Source: a virus
Length of the DNA stretch: 64,000 bases
Reading direction: 5' to 3' (one strand)
Virus record (IMG/VR): IMGVR_UViG_3300025121_000011
Coordinates: 261,474 to 325,473 of that record
Every line of letters begins with the position of its first letter. Within the stretch, counting starts at the first letter, position 1. Below, one piece after another: positions 8,332-17,711 of the stretch. A program made the position numbers and the translations under genes. The notes under the pieces are model-generated. The model was not told where the DNA came from, ran no database searches, and was given only the letters and a program-made list of their open reading frames with translations.

Positions 8332-8634
8332 ATGCTCTGTCAATATCTGGTTCTCGATCCAGAAAACAACGATGCCACGATTGGAATGGTAAGTGAAGCA
8401 GAAATCTGGATTGTGCGGAATGAATATGATATGTATCACACAGGCATCGCCTTGATTGATAGTGAAGTTCGGGAACGCGTAAGCGTGCAGGAACTTATTA
8501 AAGTGTGCGAGTCTTTGATTGCTTCTTTTAAAAAGACTTCAAACAATAGGGTGTCAGGATTAACACAAATGAGGGATTTTGTTGGTGATTTCAACCATCT
8601 GGCTGAACTGATGAATAAGTTGAAAGTTCTTTAG
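8332..8634 (+). CDS. hypothetical protein
   Basis: 100-aa ORF after module 8246-8299, SD GAGGGG. Confidence 0.5.
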   Translation: MLCQYLVLDPENNDATIGMVSEAEIWIVRNEYDMYHTGIALIDSEVRERVSVQELIKVCESLIASFKKTSNNRVSGLTQMRDFVGDFNHLAELMNKLKVL

Positions 8635-8709
8635 CCAACATTCGTATAACTTTTGATAAACTCTACAACCAAATCCATAACCCAACCAAACCAATAATCA
8701 GAGGTGATA

Positions 8710-9018
8710 ATGATTTCTCGACGCATGGTTCGAAGTCTTTCTCTTAGTCAGGCTGAGAATGTTTACAATGTCTTTGCTGATCGAGCGGACGAACTGCGCT
8801 CAGATGCATTTGATGCGATTTCGGCCATCAAGACTCCTGCTGGTATCAATGGATATACATTGATGGAACTTGTTGACATCGCTCGCGATATGAAGCAAAT
8901 GGAGCAGGCATCTGAGCGTGTGGGTACCGTTATCGACAACTGGGATACCGGTGGGATGCCTCCTCGCGATCCGAAGGGCAAGATGTCGAAGGAGCTTCAG
9001 AGTGAGCCTATCTGGTAA
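8710..9018 (+). CDS. hypothetical protein, paralog of 9620-9994 (shared NWDTGGxPPR C-terminal motif)
   Basis: ATG at 8710 with SD AGAGG (track start 8704 is GTG); C-terminal motif shared with the next gene. Confidence 0.5.
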   Translation: MISRRMVRSLSLSQAENVYNVFADRADELRSDAFDAISAIKTPAGINGYTLMELVDIARDMKQMEQASERVGTVIDNWDTGGMPPRDPKGKMSKELQSEPIW

Positions 9019-9438
9019 TAGAAAGTCGAGTGTATATACGATCGCGAAGGCTTAATGAAATGGTCGTGCTCGTAAATAGGATGTGCTTCAACTGTCAACA
9101 TTAAACCTCCTATCTTTTCCGACTTAAAATAAGAATAACCGCTAATGGACCCCGTTAGTTCCGCACATAGGAGCGAGGGGAAGTGTTGAAAAAGTTAGCG
9201 GGTAAGAGCATTGATAAATCTGCTTGAAAGTAGCTGCCCTGAGAACACCGCGGGAAACAACCGCACCCATAAACATGGGAACGATGCGAACAACGATGCG
9301 GACAGGCAAGTAGATTATCATAAGCTCCCATCATCTTGTTAAGCGAAAAGTGGACCGGATGTGTAGATGGACGGGCACATAGAGTGTAGCCTCTTGATTT
9401 ACCGGAAGCTTGTACAAGTATTAGGTTAAACTCTGAGA

Positions 9439-9468
9439 AGGCGGATGCTAATGTATCCGCTTTCTTCC
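9439..9468 (+). terminator. rho-independent terminator
   Basis: GGCGGATGCTAATGTATCCGC plus TTTCTTCC. Confidence 0.5.
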
Positions 9469-9478
9469 TTATTTGTAT

Positions 9479-9518
9479 TTTGGCACGATTTTTGCATTAT
9501 GCAGTTCTTGTGCCAATG
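9479..9518. promoter_or_regulatory. nested-palindrome element (core variant TTGCATTATGCAG)
   Basis: TTGGCACG ... TGTGCCAA arms. Confidence 0.45.
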
Positions 9519-9526
9519 CATATGCT

Positions 9527-9580
9527 GGCGGCAAAAAGTTAACTTCTCCTCTAAAAATATATTTCCCAAAGTAATTAAGG
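9527..9580 (+). promoter_or_regulatory. conserved promoter-like module
   Basis: near-identical to the 8246 copy. Confidence 0.5.
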
Positions 9581-9619
9581 GCTGTAAGATTCCTAAGAAA
9601 ACAAAAGTAGGAGGATCAA

Positions 9620-9994
9620 ATGATTACTCGGGCAATGCTTCTCGCTCTTCCTCGCCCTGTTGTTCAGACTCTTGGGGACCAGGTTAGTGTAGCGATTGAC
9701 GGTGTGCAGACAAAAGCATTTGAAAATCTGGTTTCGATCACCGGCAAATCTTCACATGATATCACCGCGGATGATCTCATTGCGCTGGCGGCTGCTGGAA
9801 CTAAGCTTCGCACGCTTACACAAGCCGATGAAAGGCTTAGTCTGCTTCTTGGCAACTGGGATACGGGCGGTCGTCCACCTCGAACGCATGGTGATGATAT
9901 GACAGACGACCCCTCATGGGAAGGCGACCCTGAGACGTTCTCGTCGCAGCCAGTAGACTACGAAGGCGAGTGGAGGGCAGGAGTGTGGCGATGA
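9620..9994 (+). CDS. hypothetical protein, paralog of 8710-9018
   Basis: SD AGGAGGA upstream; module 9527-9580 upstream; NWDTGGRPPR motif. Confidence 0.5.
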   Translation: MITRAMLLALPRPVVQTLGDQVSVAIDGVQTKAFENLVSITGKSSHDITADDLIALAAAGTKLRTLTQADERLSLLLGNWDTGGRPPRTHGDDMTDDPSWEGDPETFSSQPVDYEGEWRAGVWR

Positions 9995-10294
9995 AGACAA
10001 ATCGAGACGACAGCCAGAGCGATTACAACTATGATAGCAGACATGATAGCCGACGCCGACGGACGACGGAGGCGACGACGGCAGCACGACGACAGCGACA
10101 GGCCGAAAGAGAGGCGGACGATCGCCGGACGCTGGTCTTGATGATCGGACAGGAGAGATTTGACTCAGATATGGTCTCTACTGTAGAAAAGTAGTGGGAG
10201 TGTGCGTGCTAATGAATGAGTACACAGTGTTTGTTCAGTTTGTAGATGGATAAATCCCGGCGCCCGAACCGTATGCCGGGCAGAAGGAGTAGAT

Positions 10295-10786
10295 ATGATC
10301 ATCGATTGGCCGTGGAATGGCGAAGAGTTGGCGTTTGCCCATCTTCCCAATGAGGTGGTCTACGCGTGTGAATGCGAAAACCGGACGGCGTACTTCGATG
10401 TCGCCGGCATCTGTATTTTGGTTTCTGGCAAATGTGACGTGTATAGGCGTACACCATACCAACTGTTCGTCTGGCGCCCCAATGCCGAAGATGCTGAATG
10501 GTGGCAAGATATATTTCGTCACGGAGTTGAAAACCGACTCCGGGGAGAATCTGATTTTGCCCAGCCCCGGTACATTGATCCCTCTAATCAAGTCGCAGAA
10601 TGGGAAAAGGTTGAATGGCCTATTCCGCGGGAGTGGGTGGCGCATCTACCGCCCCCACTGGTACCTCGCACTTCTGACCCTCAATTTTACGGCGTGTTCG
10701 TCCTTTGTGATGATGAGTGTCACCAGCGCAAACTGTTGGAACGTTTCGCCGGAAATAAGTTTAAATGCCGTGCGTGGAACTTGTAA
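10295..10786 (+). CDS. hypothetical protein
   Basis: 163-aa ORF, SD AAGGAG 8 nt upstream. Confidence 0.5.
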   Translation: MIIDWPWNGEELAFAHLPNEVVYACECENRTAYFDVAGICILVSGKCDVYRRTPYQLFVWRPNAEDAEWWQDIFRHGVENRLRGESDFAQPRYIDPSNQVAEWEKVEWPIPREWVAHLPPPLVPRTSDPQFYGVFVLCDDECHQRKLLERFAGNKFKCRAWNL

Positions 10787-10848
10787 GGAGAAAACATACA
10801 AGTGTTCACTCATCGACTCTGGCGGTAAAAACATTACATGTATATGCA

Positions 10849-10884
10849 TTGGCATAGTTTTTGCTTAATGCATGTATTGTGCCA
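10849..10884. promoter_or_regulatory. nested-palindrome element (inverted core)
   Basis: TTGGCATAGTTTTTGCTTAATGCATGTATTGTGCCACC. Confidence 0.45.
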
Positions 10885-10905
10885 CCACGATTCCAAACAC
10901 CGCCT

Positions 10906-10959
10906 GGCGGCAAAAGATTTACTATAACTCTAAAAATATATTCTTTGCAGTAACTAAGG
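10906..10959 (+). promoter_or_regulatory. conserved promoter-like module
   Basis: GGCGGCAAAAGATTTACTATAACTCTAAAAATATATTCTTTGCAGTAACTAAGG. Confidence 0.5.
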
Positions 10960-10980
10960 ATTACATACAAACATCAAGAG

Positions 10981-11835
10981 ATGAAAAAAATGCCTATTTC
11001 TCATATAACCTCAGAAGAGACCGCAGAAAATATACGAAGGATTTTCACGGATCGTGTTGGCAAGATTCGTGCATCTACTTCGGAACTCTGTGGGTTTGTC
11101 GACTCGCCCGCCAAAACAGCGAAGATGTTTGGATTCAATCTTGAAGATGATCGCATCTATAGCGATGACGAGTGGTATGACCTCTGTGATGTAATATTTT
11201 ACGTCCGAGATATGACAGAGCTATTCAGGCGTACCACGGGCCTTCTCTCTGGTTGTAACTCTGATGCTGCATTGATGCTCTCTTTCTATGAGATCAGACT
11301 CCTGGCCAATATGCTGCGGTCTCCGAAAGTTGCACTGATGGTGCTGGCTTACATTTACAATGGAGCAATCAATCACGAACTTATGGCGATGTCCTATCTC
11401 ACGGAGATTGGAAAGTGCGTAACCGGAACCGTGGATTGTAAGGCCAACGCTTTCGCAGATGCGGCGTACCTCCTTGGGAACCATGCGGCTAAGCTTCTCG
11501 GGAGGAAGATGCCTGATCCGCTGGAGGGGCAGAGCCAGCAGAGCCACAGGTGGGCGAGTGTGGAAGAGATTCGTCAGTATGAAGATCGGATGCATGAGAA
11601 GTTTCTAAACATCACGCATTCTGCTCTCGAAAACCTCGTTGGTGTTAGCGGCCTAAAGGAAGGAGGACGCGTGTTCATCTTCAAGAGTAATGACTTGCCA
11701 GAGTTTTTGTGGGGGAAGAATGGTACAATCCTTGGTAAAGATGGAGATGACAGTTATTGGATTACACTGGCTCATCCTGGTCCCCAGGGTGAGACTGAAT
11801 GGCTGATAGATTATCATTACTTTAGAACGCTGTGA
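10981..11835 (+). CDS. hypothetical protein
   Basis: 284-aa ORF after module 10906-10959; palindromic hairpin downstream at 11858-11879. Confidence 0.55.
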   Translation: MKKMPISHITSEETAENIRRIFTDRVGKIRASTSELCGFVDSPAKTAKMFGFNLEDDRIYSDDEWYDLCDVIFYVRDMTELFRRTTGLLSGCNSDAALMLSFYEIRLLANMLRSPKVALMVLAYIYNGAINHELMAMSYLTEIGKCVTGTVDCKANAFADAAYLLGNHAAKLLGRKMPDPLEGQSQQSHRWASVEEIRQYEDRMHEKFLNITHSALENLVGVSGLKEGGRVFIFKSNDLPEFLWGKNGTILGKDGDDSYWITLAHPGPQGETEWLIDYHYFRTL

Positions 11836-11883
11836 GAACGCTTCCATAGACATTCAAATGTATCTGGGCTCATATGAGCCCAA

Positions 11884-11935
11884 GGCGGTAAAAGATTTAC
11901 AGCATCTCTAAAAATATATTCCTCATAGTAAGTAA
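11884..11935 (+). promoter_or_regulatory. conserved promoter-like module (GGCGGTAAAAG variant)
   Basis: follows palindromic hairpin TGGGCTCATATGAGCCCA. Confidence 0.45.
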
Positions 11936-11992
11936 TAGGCAAATGTTTATAAATCCGCCTCATTAAAGTGAAGCATACATAGGGAGATTATC

Positions 11993-12310
11993 ATGTTTGA
12001 TATTTGTCCAGGTTGTGGTTCTAATCAGAAAGGTGAACCGATTCCCGAGAAACTCAAACATACCGAGGCGTGTGGTGAAGGTCCATACTTCGGAAAAGAA
12101 GGCACCTGTGTAGATCCGGATCATCATTGTTATGGAAAAGAACAGGAGTATTTCTATCGTAGCGTTGGATATTATGCTTGTGATGTTACGTTGTTTTCCT
12201 TCTGTCCGGATTGTAAGATTGCATGGCATCGTTTTCTAAAGGGCGATTACTATTGGTATCTGGCTGCCAGGTACATGCAAGACGAGGGATATAAAGTCCA
12301 TGACGAGTAA
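11993..12310 (+). CDS. Cys-rich zinc-binding protein
   Basis: CPGCGS...C..C...CPDC motifs; SD AGGGAG; module 11884-11935 upstream. Confidence 0.5.
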   Translation: MFDICPGCGSNQKGEPIPEKLKHTEACGEGPYFGKEGTCVDPDHHCYGKEQEYFYRSVGYYACDVTLFSFCPDCKIAWHRFLKGDYYWYLAARYMQDEGYKVHDE

Positions 12311-12372
12311 AATACTGGTCGGATTTGTTCTGGTTGCAGTTGTTTCTGGTCTTATAATGGAGGGAGTGTGTC

Positions 12373-12588
12373 ATGCCTTCTCAAGAAGAACTCCTCGTGA
12401 CTAACGGAACAGTCCAAGTTCAAGCTCGAATATGCGGACATCGCTACATGGTAATGAGCACGCCAGTCCAGTGGTCAACATACATCTGTCGGATTTGCGG
12501 CCTGATGACAGACCTGATGGTTGTGCCTATGGAAATGCGTATTCAACAGGCAAGACTTGAGAAAAGAAACGCGCACAAAGCTCAGTAA
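12373..12588 (+). CDS. small zinc-ribbon protein
   Basis: CGHRYMV...CRICGL; SD GGAGGGAG. Confidence 0.45.
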   Translation: MPSQEELLVTNGTVQVQARICGHRYMVMSTPVQWSTYICRICGLMTDLMVVPMEMRIQQARLEKRNAHKAQ

Positions 12589-12669
12589 TCTCAAAAGCAT
12601 CTTCTGTGTATTGTGCGTTTAGGATTTTCTGGTAGAAATAACTCGTGCGAAAGCATATGGAGACAACTC

Positions 12670-12834
12670 ATGAACTATGGAAGTAAAGCGAACAAAGAAA
12701 GCATCAAAGCTATTGCTGTTGTTTTGGTAATGTTTTTTGGTGTTGCGGGCATCTTGTATGCCAGTTGGACTTGGGCAGAGTTTACATACGGAGATGGCAC
12801 TTGTGCCTTTTCTGATTGTGTAAAACTCAAGTAA
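12670..12834 (+). CDS. small membrane protein (real start probably ATG 12670 inside the track ORF 12613-12834)
   Basis: hydrophobic stretch AIAVVLVMFFGVAGILYASW; SD GGAGA 6 nt before ATG 12670. Confidence 0.35.
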   Translation: MNYGSKANKESIKAIAVVLVMFFGVAGILYASWTWAEFTYGDGTCAFSDCVKLK

Positions 12835-12945
12835 TCAGTCTTTACTAAGAAAAGGTAGGTACATAATCCTGTGGCTCGAACAGCGCTCCGCCGGATTTAT
12901 GCATGCCCGCTATCTTAGTATTTAAAGATTTTTGGTATAATATCT

Positions 12946-12981
12946 TGGCATAATTTTTGCTTAATGCAATATGTATGCCAC
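12946..12981. promoter_or_regulatory. nested-palindrome element (inverted core)
   Basis: TTGGCATAATTTTTGCTTAATGCAATATGTATGCCACC. Confidence 0.45.
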
Positions 12982-12990
12982 CCTTTTCAA

Positions 12991-13045
12991 GGCGGCAAAA
13001 ACTTAACTATAACTCTAAAAATATATCTGTTAGAGTAAGTATTAT
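12991..13045 (+). promoter_or_regulatory. conserved promoter-like module
   Basis: GGCGGCAAAAACTTAACTATAACTCTAAAAATATATCTGTTAGAGTAAG. Confidence 0.45.
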
Positions 13046-13062
13046 ACAAAGGAGAGATTCAA

Positions 13063-13343
13063 TGATTACTGCATATTTTATTTATTGTTCTACTGGTTGC
13101 TCATGCTGTTCGTATGACAACCATTTCAGCGGGCCTTTTTCTACGCGAGAGATTGCAGAGAAGATGAGGCAGGAGTTTATTGATGGTAGGAAGTTGTCCA
13201 GCCAGTTTTCTGTAGCTGGCAGATACTTAATCGAGGAAGAAGAAGCTGAACAGCTTTTAGATGGAAGGCTGATTATCAATGATCGAGTTTTTCCTGGATG
13301 GGCTGATGACGATGGGTGGAAAGAGGCATTCAAAGAGTGGTAA
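13063..13343 (+). CDS. hypothetical protein (track ORF 12957 trimmed to the SD-supported ATG)
   Basis: AAGGAGAG SD then ATG 13063; the upstream part of the track ORF overlaps the palindrome and promoter module. Confidence 0.45.
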
Positions 13344-13358
13344 TCGGAGGATTGTTCG

Positions 13359-13571
13359 ATGGGTAAGAAGATTAAGCATAGTGGTCAAAACACTGAAGAA
13401 GTAGATCGAGCTACTGCTCAGCGAGGCCAAGATCGCAAAACTCATTTTAAGGAAGGCGGATCAACTGAGGAGTGGACCGGAACCCATCGGGTTCATGATT
13501 CCCGTCCTCGTGGTTCGCGAAACCGAAGAGATTTGAGAGAACAAGCCATTCGTGAGAGCGCAGAGGAGTAG
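13359..13571 (+). CDS. small basic protein
   Basis: 70 aa, Arg/Lys-rich; SD GGAGG upstream. Confidence 0.4.
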   Translation: MGKKIKHSGQNTEEVDRATAQRGQDRKTHFKEGGSTEEWTGTHRVHDSRPRGSRNRRDLREQAIRESAEE

Positions 13572-13573
13572 TC

Positions 13574-13843
13574 ATGAAAGACGCGAGCATTATCAGGCTG
13601 AAGAAAGAACTTGAAATGCTTGCGCGCAGGCGGCATGCATTGGAAGGGCATCGACTTCTTGCAAATGTTTTAGAAAGCATTAGACGATATGAAGATGAAA
13701 CAGGAGATGTAGTGAGATGTTCCCTTGAATTTGTCGCTGAGCAAGATCAAGATTCTGTACGGCATGAATGGATTGGTGGCGGATTTAAGGCTGAGCCCCA
13801 ATGGTATCTGCAAAAGAATCATGTTGTTTTAGAAGAGATATGA
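13574..13843 (+). CDS. hypothetical protein
   Basis: SD AGAGGAG; operon-like packing with neighbours. Confidence 0.45.
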   Translation: MKDASIIRLKKELEMLARRRHALEGHRLLANVLESIRRYEDETGDVVRCSLEFVAEQDQDSVRHEWIGGGFKAEPQWYLQKNHVVLEEI

Positions 13844-13845
13844 GC

Positions 13846-14082
13846 ATGCAAGTACAAGTAGCTCTACCCAAAACAGAGGAAGAGATTCTCGCCTATCTTC
13901 AGGGATTGCAACCTGGAGAGAGAGTGAGAGAAACTGGTAATTCTATGACAAATCAAGAAGGCGATGTCTCCATCAATGGACGTGGAAGCGTCTGTGTACT
14001 TTGGGATCCATTTGAAGATGGGAACCGGATGGGGACATCTATAACTTATGGCACACGAAGAGTGTCTGATCTAGAGGAATAG
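13846..14082 (+). CDS. hypothetical protein (internal ATG of track ORF 13801)
   Basis: ATG 13846 directly after the stop of the previous gene. Confidence 0.4.
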   Translation: MQVQVALPKTEEEILAYLQGLQPGERVRETGNSMTNQEGDVSINGRGSVCVLWDPFEDGNRMGTSITYGTRRVSDLEE

Positions 14083-14119
14083 TATGTGATCGCAATAAAT
14101 TAGAGTTAAAATGTTCGCA

Positions 14120-14178
14120 GGCGGCAAAAACTTAACTGCATCTCTAAAAAAATATTCTACATAGTAATATAGGGCTGT
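14120..14178 (+). promoter_or_regulatory. conserved promoter-like module heading a 940-nt ORF-free transcript
   Basis: GGCGGCAAAAACTTAACTGCATCTCTAAAAAAATATTCTACATAGTAATATAGGG. Confidence 0.5.
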
Positions 14179-15118
14179 GAGAGGAGCTAACTTGAAGGGC
14201 TAAAGAGTTTGTGGTGATGATAGTGTTAGTTGAGTTAACTTCTTTCACAGGACCTGGAGACTTCTCGGAAATATTTAAGATGGTATCATAACCGACTGGC
14301 AGGGAGCCGCACGGCAACAAAGGGCGTTCACCTTAGGGTGGGGGTCTGCCAAAATGATCAAGCCAAGCCTTGCAGGTAGGAGTGACCGGCGAAACTCCCG
14401 TAACCTGAGTAGGAGAATGGCAAGACGTGAGGGACATGCAGTCGACCCTTAGGGATACGATAATCCCCATTTTTTAACATCGTTACAAATAAGTGTTTAT
14501 TGAGTTTCACCAGTATCTCGGATAAAGGCGATGTTAAAGTTAAAACTGGTACTTGTTCTTAGCGGATCCCCGGCTCCGCGTTTGCCCAGAGGAAAGCCGA
14601 GAGACGTATAGTTTCTAACGGGTAGGCAGCATCGCAAGAGTGCCTGATAAAAAGAGGTTATCGGTGGTTGGCTTAGAGGCAGCCATCCTTAATGAGTGAG
14701 ACGATTGCCCCAAGGCGCAAAATGTCGGTAAGTGGTAACAGCTATGCCGATGATGTACCGGGGATAAACAGGGAAAGTGAAAGGCACCCCGTAACTGGTA
14801 AGGCCAATCTTCTCTTCAGCGTAATAGCACGCCGATATAATCTCTTTTAGGTAGGTCCACATGGAATAGCCAAGCGCTATGGGATCGAATATTATCGCAT
14901 TTGGGAATGGTACTCTCCCGCTGGTTGTACCACCTTCTTAAGCGTCAGACATTTACAATGCATAATGCCGGTTAATTTTGCCGGTTAAAGTTGTGAATGT
15001 AGAAAACACTTGTATATATAAGAACACAAGCAGTGACGTAAGTCTGTGATGATTCTATGCAGACACTCTATCATAAATTATAAAAGATGCGCAGCTTTAA
15101 AGCTGCGCATCTTCATTT
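14179..15118 (+). ncRNA. candidate ~940-nt non-coding RNA (promoter module to terminator, no ORF of 60 aa or more on either strand)
   Basis: module 14120-14178 immediately upstream; strong terminator at the end; GC-rich with many stem-forming segments. Confidence 0.45.
15083..15118 (+). terminator. rho-independent terminator ending the 14179-15118 ORF-free transcript
   Basis: AGATGCGCAGCTTTAAAGCTGCGCATCT plus TCATTT. Confidence 0.6.
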
Positions 15119-15123
15119 ATGTG

Positions 15124-15160
15124 TTGGCACAGGAAATGCATTATGCAAAAATCATGCCAG
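15124..15160. promoter_or_regulatory. nested-palindrome element (core variant TGCATTATGCAA)
   Basis: TTGGCACAGGAAATGCATTATGCAAAAATCATGCCAG. Confidence 0.45.
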
Positions 15161-15187
15161 TTAATTATTGTGCAAAAATCAACGTCT

Positions 15188-15248
15188 CCGGCGGCAAAAA
15201 CTTAACTTCTCTTCTAAAAAAATATTCTATAGAGTAACATAGGGCTGT
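15188..15248 (+). promoter_or_regulatory. conserved promoter-like module
   Basis: GGCGGCAAAAACTTAACTTCTCTTCTAAAAAAATATTCTATAGAGTAACATAGGG. Confidence 0.5.
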
Positions 15249-15260
15249 AGGAGAAACCAA

Positions 15261-15506
15261 ATGCCTTCCATCGATTATTCGGTATATATGAGGACCAGGT
15301 TACTGGACAAGGTAACCATGGCACAGCTGATAAAGGTTTGTAAAGATCGACAAGATCTGACCGTTACTCAGGAAGGTGACGATATCTTTCGTGTCTATCT
15401 TGATGTTCCAGGAAATCTGAACGCTGTTAGGATTTTGGAAGCGATTCATCGCGCAGATCGTTGGTGGGATGTAGCTTATGATCTTCGTTTCATGAAAAGC
15501 CTATAA
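15261..15506 (+). CDS. hypothetical protein
   Basis: after module 15188-15248; SD GGAGAAA. Confidence 0.45.
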   Translation: MPSIDYSVYMRTRLLDKVTMAQLIKVCKDRQDLTVTQEGDDIFRVYLDVPGNLNAVRILEAIHRADRWWDVAYDLRFMKSL

Positions 15507-15530
15507 TACAATCTTGTATCAGGAGGAAAG

Positions 15531-15791
15531 ATGAAATTTCTTTCAAGTCTTTTCAACAAGCTTTTTGGTCGTCCTGCCGCTGAAATGTATCTTCATCGAA
15601 TGACGACGGCTATCTTGGATGAAGAGTTACAAGCGATGAATTATCGGGCTTGTCTTGAACATTCCGGTATGGATATTGATACATTCTGTGAGAAAAACAA
15701 GTGTAGTCGTCAATCAATCATCAACGGATGGACGAGAGTATACGGTTCTCCTCCTTCATGGATGAATAAATCTGATTTCATTGGAGAATAA
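15531..15791 (+). CDS. hypothetical protein
   Basis: SD AGGAGGAAAG. Confidence 0.45.
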   Translation: MKFLSSLFNKLFGRPAAEMYLHRMTTAILDEELQAMNYRACLEHSGMDIDTFCEKNKCSRQSIINGWTRVYGSPPSWMNKSDFIGE

Positions 15792-15795
15792 TCAC

Positions 15796-16164
15796 ATGAC
15801 AATTCCAAAGCCGAATTATACCGACATTAGGCGTCAAAGGGAAGCGTTGGAGCTTGCTGTTAAACTCCGAAGGCAAAGAGAGGCGGACGAGCTTAAAGCC
15901 GGTCTTGAAAGACAGGAAGCGGAAAGAAACAATGAGTGCTTTGAAGAGCGTGTGCGTTGCGCCATTCAGGAGGGTATTGGAGACGCAATCACAAGAGGGG
16001 TTCCGACCTTCCATGTTCGAGTTGGAAATGTTGATCCCCTTAGTCTTATAGATCTGGCAAACTGGGGACATCAGATTACCTGCTATGGATTTAGGGTGTG
16101 CTTTTCGGCTCTCGATAAATGTAACCCTCCAAATGGAGTTGTGTTTACAGTTTCTGTTGAATAA
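15796..16164 (+). CDS. hypothetical protein
   Basis: ATG 15796 with SD GGAGAA (track start 15781 is TTG). Confidence 0.45.
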   Translation: MTIPKPNYTDIRRQREALELAVKLRRQREADELKAGLERQEAERNNECFEERVRCAIQEGIGDAITRGVPTFHVRVGNVDPLSLIDLANWGHQITCYGFRVCFSALDKCNPPNGVVFTVSVE

Positions 16165-16187
16165 ATATAAATGGAGATAGACAAATC

Positions 16188-16565
16188 ATGCCTGATTCTT
16201 TGGATCTTGCCCTACAACAGATTCGCGACACTTTATGTGTAAGCGGGGATACACATCCCCTTTCACTGGATATCACATTTCAACTTGAAGTAGAGCGCGG
16301 AAATAAAGTTGAGGATAATGATTGGACTATTACATCTCTGGGTGTAGTTGAGGTTTCTTTGCCGCTTAACCGCTTTCTTTGCGGCAAGATGAGTCGTCCA
16401 GACTGGATGACAGAAAGCCAATGGCAAGCATTTGCCATAGTTCAATACGAAACAACCGAAGATCCAGAGTTCAGAGAAAGTTTAGATCATGCTCTGAATT
16501 CTCTTCTCTCAGAACCACACACAGAAGAAGAAGTTTCAAAGTTTCTTGCAACATTTAACCAATAG
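16188..16565 (+). CDS. hypothetical acidic protein
   Basis: SD ATGGAGATAG upstream. Confidence 0.5.
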   Translation: MPDSLDLALQQIRDTLCVSGDTHPLSLDITFQLEVERGNKVEDNDWTITSLGVVEVSLPLNRFLCGKMSRPDWMTESQWQAFAIVQYETTEDPEFRESLDHALNSLLSEPHTEEEVSKFLATFNQ

Positions 16566-16750
16566 GGGTTTTATCATGGTCAAGGTTCTTGTATCAATCT
16601 GTTTCGGGTTTTGTCTTGGTGTGGCTACTTGTGTCTTTGCAAGTGAGGTGGTTTCTTCACAAGTTCACAAGGTGGATGCGGCTGTGACCGCATATCAGAA
16701 GTAAGGAGTCCGAAGAGTAACAGCAGTCGTCTATACATGTATGTAAGTAT

Positions 16751-16835
16751 GGGGGCGTGGCGGAAAGGCAGACGCGTCAGACTTAAAATCTGGTGAGCTT
16801 AGCTCGTGTGGGTTCAAGTCCCACCGCCCCTACCA
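16751..16835 (+). tRNA. tRNA-Leu (anticodon TAA), class II with long variable arm, CCA encoded
   Basis: acceptor GGGGGCG/CGCCCCT(t), anticodon loop CTTAAAA, T-arm GTGGG-TTCAAGT-CCCAC, ACCA tail. Confidence 0.7.
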
Positions 16836-16864
16836 TTTTAACTTTAACTTTATCTGAGGTGTTC

Positions 16865-17104
16865 ATGAATCCTTATATCCTTTGTCCTGAATTGAACAAG
16901 TTGAACAACTATTACAAGAATGATTTCTATAAGAATGATCTCTCTTCTATTGTTATTGTTGGTTCCGTAGTCACACTGAATAGTGGTGGGCCGAAAATGA
17001 CGGTCGCCTCTATCTATAGAGGTAAAAATGTTGTTTGCACTTGGTTTGATGGTGAATATAAGACGTGGTACGGAGTTGTATCGATGCTTACTGTGGTAAA
17101 GTAG
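16865..17104 (+). CDS. hypothetical protein
   Basis: ATG 16865 with SD TGAGGTG just after the tRNA; track start 16793 lies inside the tRNA. Confidence 0.45.
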   Translation: MNPYILCPELNKLNNYYKNDFYKNDLSSIVIVGSVVTLNSGGPKMTVASIYRGKNVVCTWFDGEYKTWYGVVSMLTVVK

Positions 17105-17140
17105 ATTTACTTCAAAGCCTTCTTTATAAAGTCTTCTTTA

Positions 17141-17174
17141 TATAGATAACCGCTTAAGCGGTTATCTATATTTG
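17141..17174 (+). terminator. perfect 30-bp palindrome hairpin terminator-like element
   Basis: TATAGATAACCGCTTAAGCGGTTATCTATA plus TTTG. Confidence 0.5.
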
Positions 17175-17199
17175 CGTTTACATACTAATCGCAAAGCCC

Positions 17200-17258
17200 G
17201 GCGGCAAAAGATTTGCAGCATCTCTAAAAAAATATCTTCTATAGTAATACAGAGGTGT
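17200..17258 (+). promoter_or_regulatory. conserved promoter-like module
   Basis: GGCGGCAAAAGATTTGCAGCATCTCTAAAAAAATATCTTCTATAGTAATACAGAGG. Confidence 0.5.
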
Positions 17259-17363
17259 AACCAAGTCGGAGAAGTCCTCCCAATTACATTAATATTACGG
17301 TTACGGGGTTTGGAGTTTTTCACCTCACGAAAGACCAACATTTTTCAAAGGAGGAATCAAATC

Positions 17364-17711
17364 ATGGATTCGGAACAGTTTGTCAAGGCAGGTGGTCGTT
17401 TTCTTCATTACCGAAGTTCTGCTCAACGTAGAATTACGGTGGCATATCGAGTGGAAAATGGGAATATTCTCTATGGGGCGGAGATTCATCAACCAGATGG
17501 TCCGGATGATTGCTGGATAAGGAAACAGGCAAATTATCGAGCTTTGTATCGGCTGATTAGCCAGCCGGTGACTATTCCTGATGGGAATATGACAAATACC
17601 GAGAGGCATAGTTATATCCGAAGTGCTCTTATCAAGTTTGGGTGTTGCCAAAGAGAAGTTCTTTCTGTCAATAAAAATATCGCCGGGAAGGACTTGAAGA
17701 GAAGGGTTTGA
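17364..17711 (+). CDS. hypothetical protein
   Basis: SD AAAGGAGGAA then ATG 17364; track start 17172 lies inside the promoter module. Confidence 0.5.
   Translation: MDSEQFVKAGGRFLHYRSSAQRRITVAYRVENGNILYGAEIHQPDGPDDCWIRKQANYRALYRLISQPVTIPDGNMTNTERHSYIRSALIKFGCCQREVLSVNKNIAGKDLKRRV

Noticed and set aside
14700-14860. RNase P RNA in the 14.2-15.1 kb ORF-free region (GAGGAAAGCCGAG and GTGAAAGG resemble P4 and P10.1 segments)
   Set aside because: No complementary P4 3' strand (CCGGCUUA-like) and no GGUAACGCC element were found. The resemblance is too weak without a covariance-model search.
12957-17711. ORF-track starts lying inside promoter modules, palindrome elements or the tRNA-Leu (12957, 16793, 17172)
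   Set aside because: Alternative-start over-extensions. Internal ATGs with good SDs (13063, 16865, 17364) were used instead.
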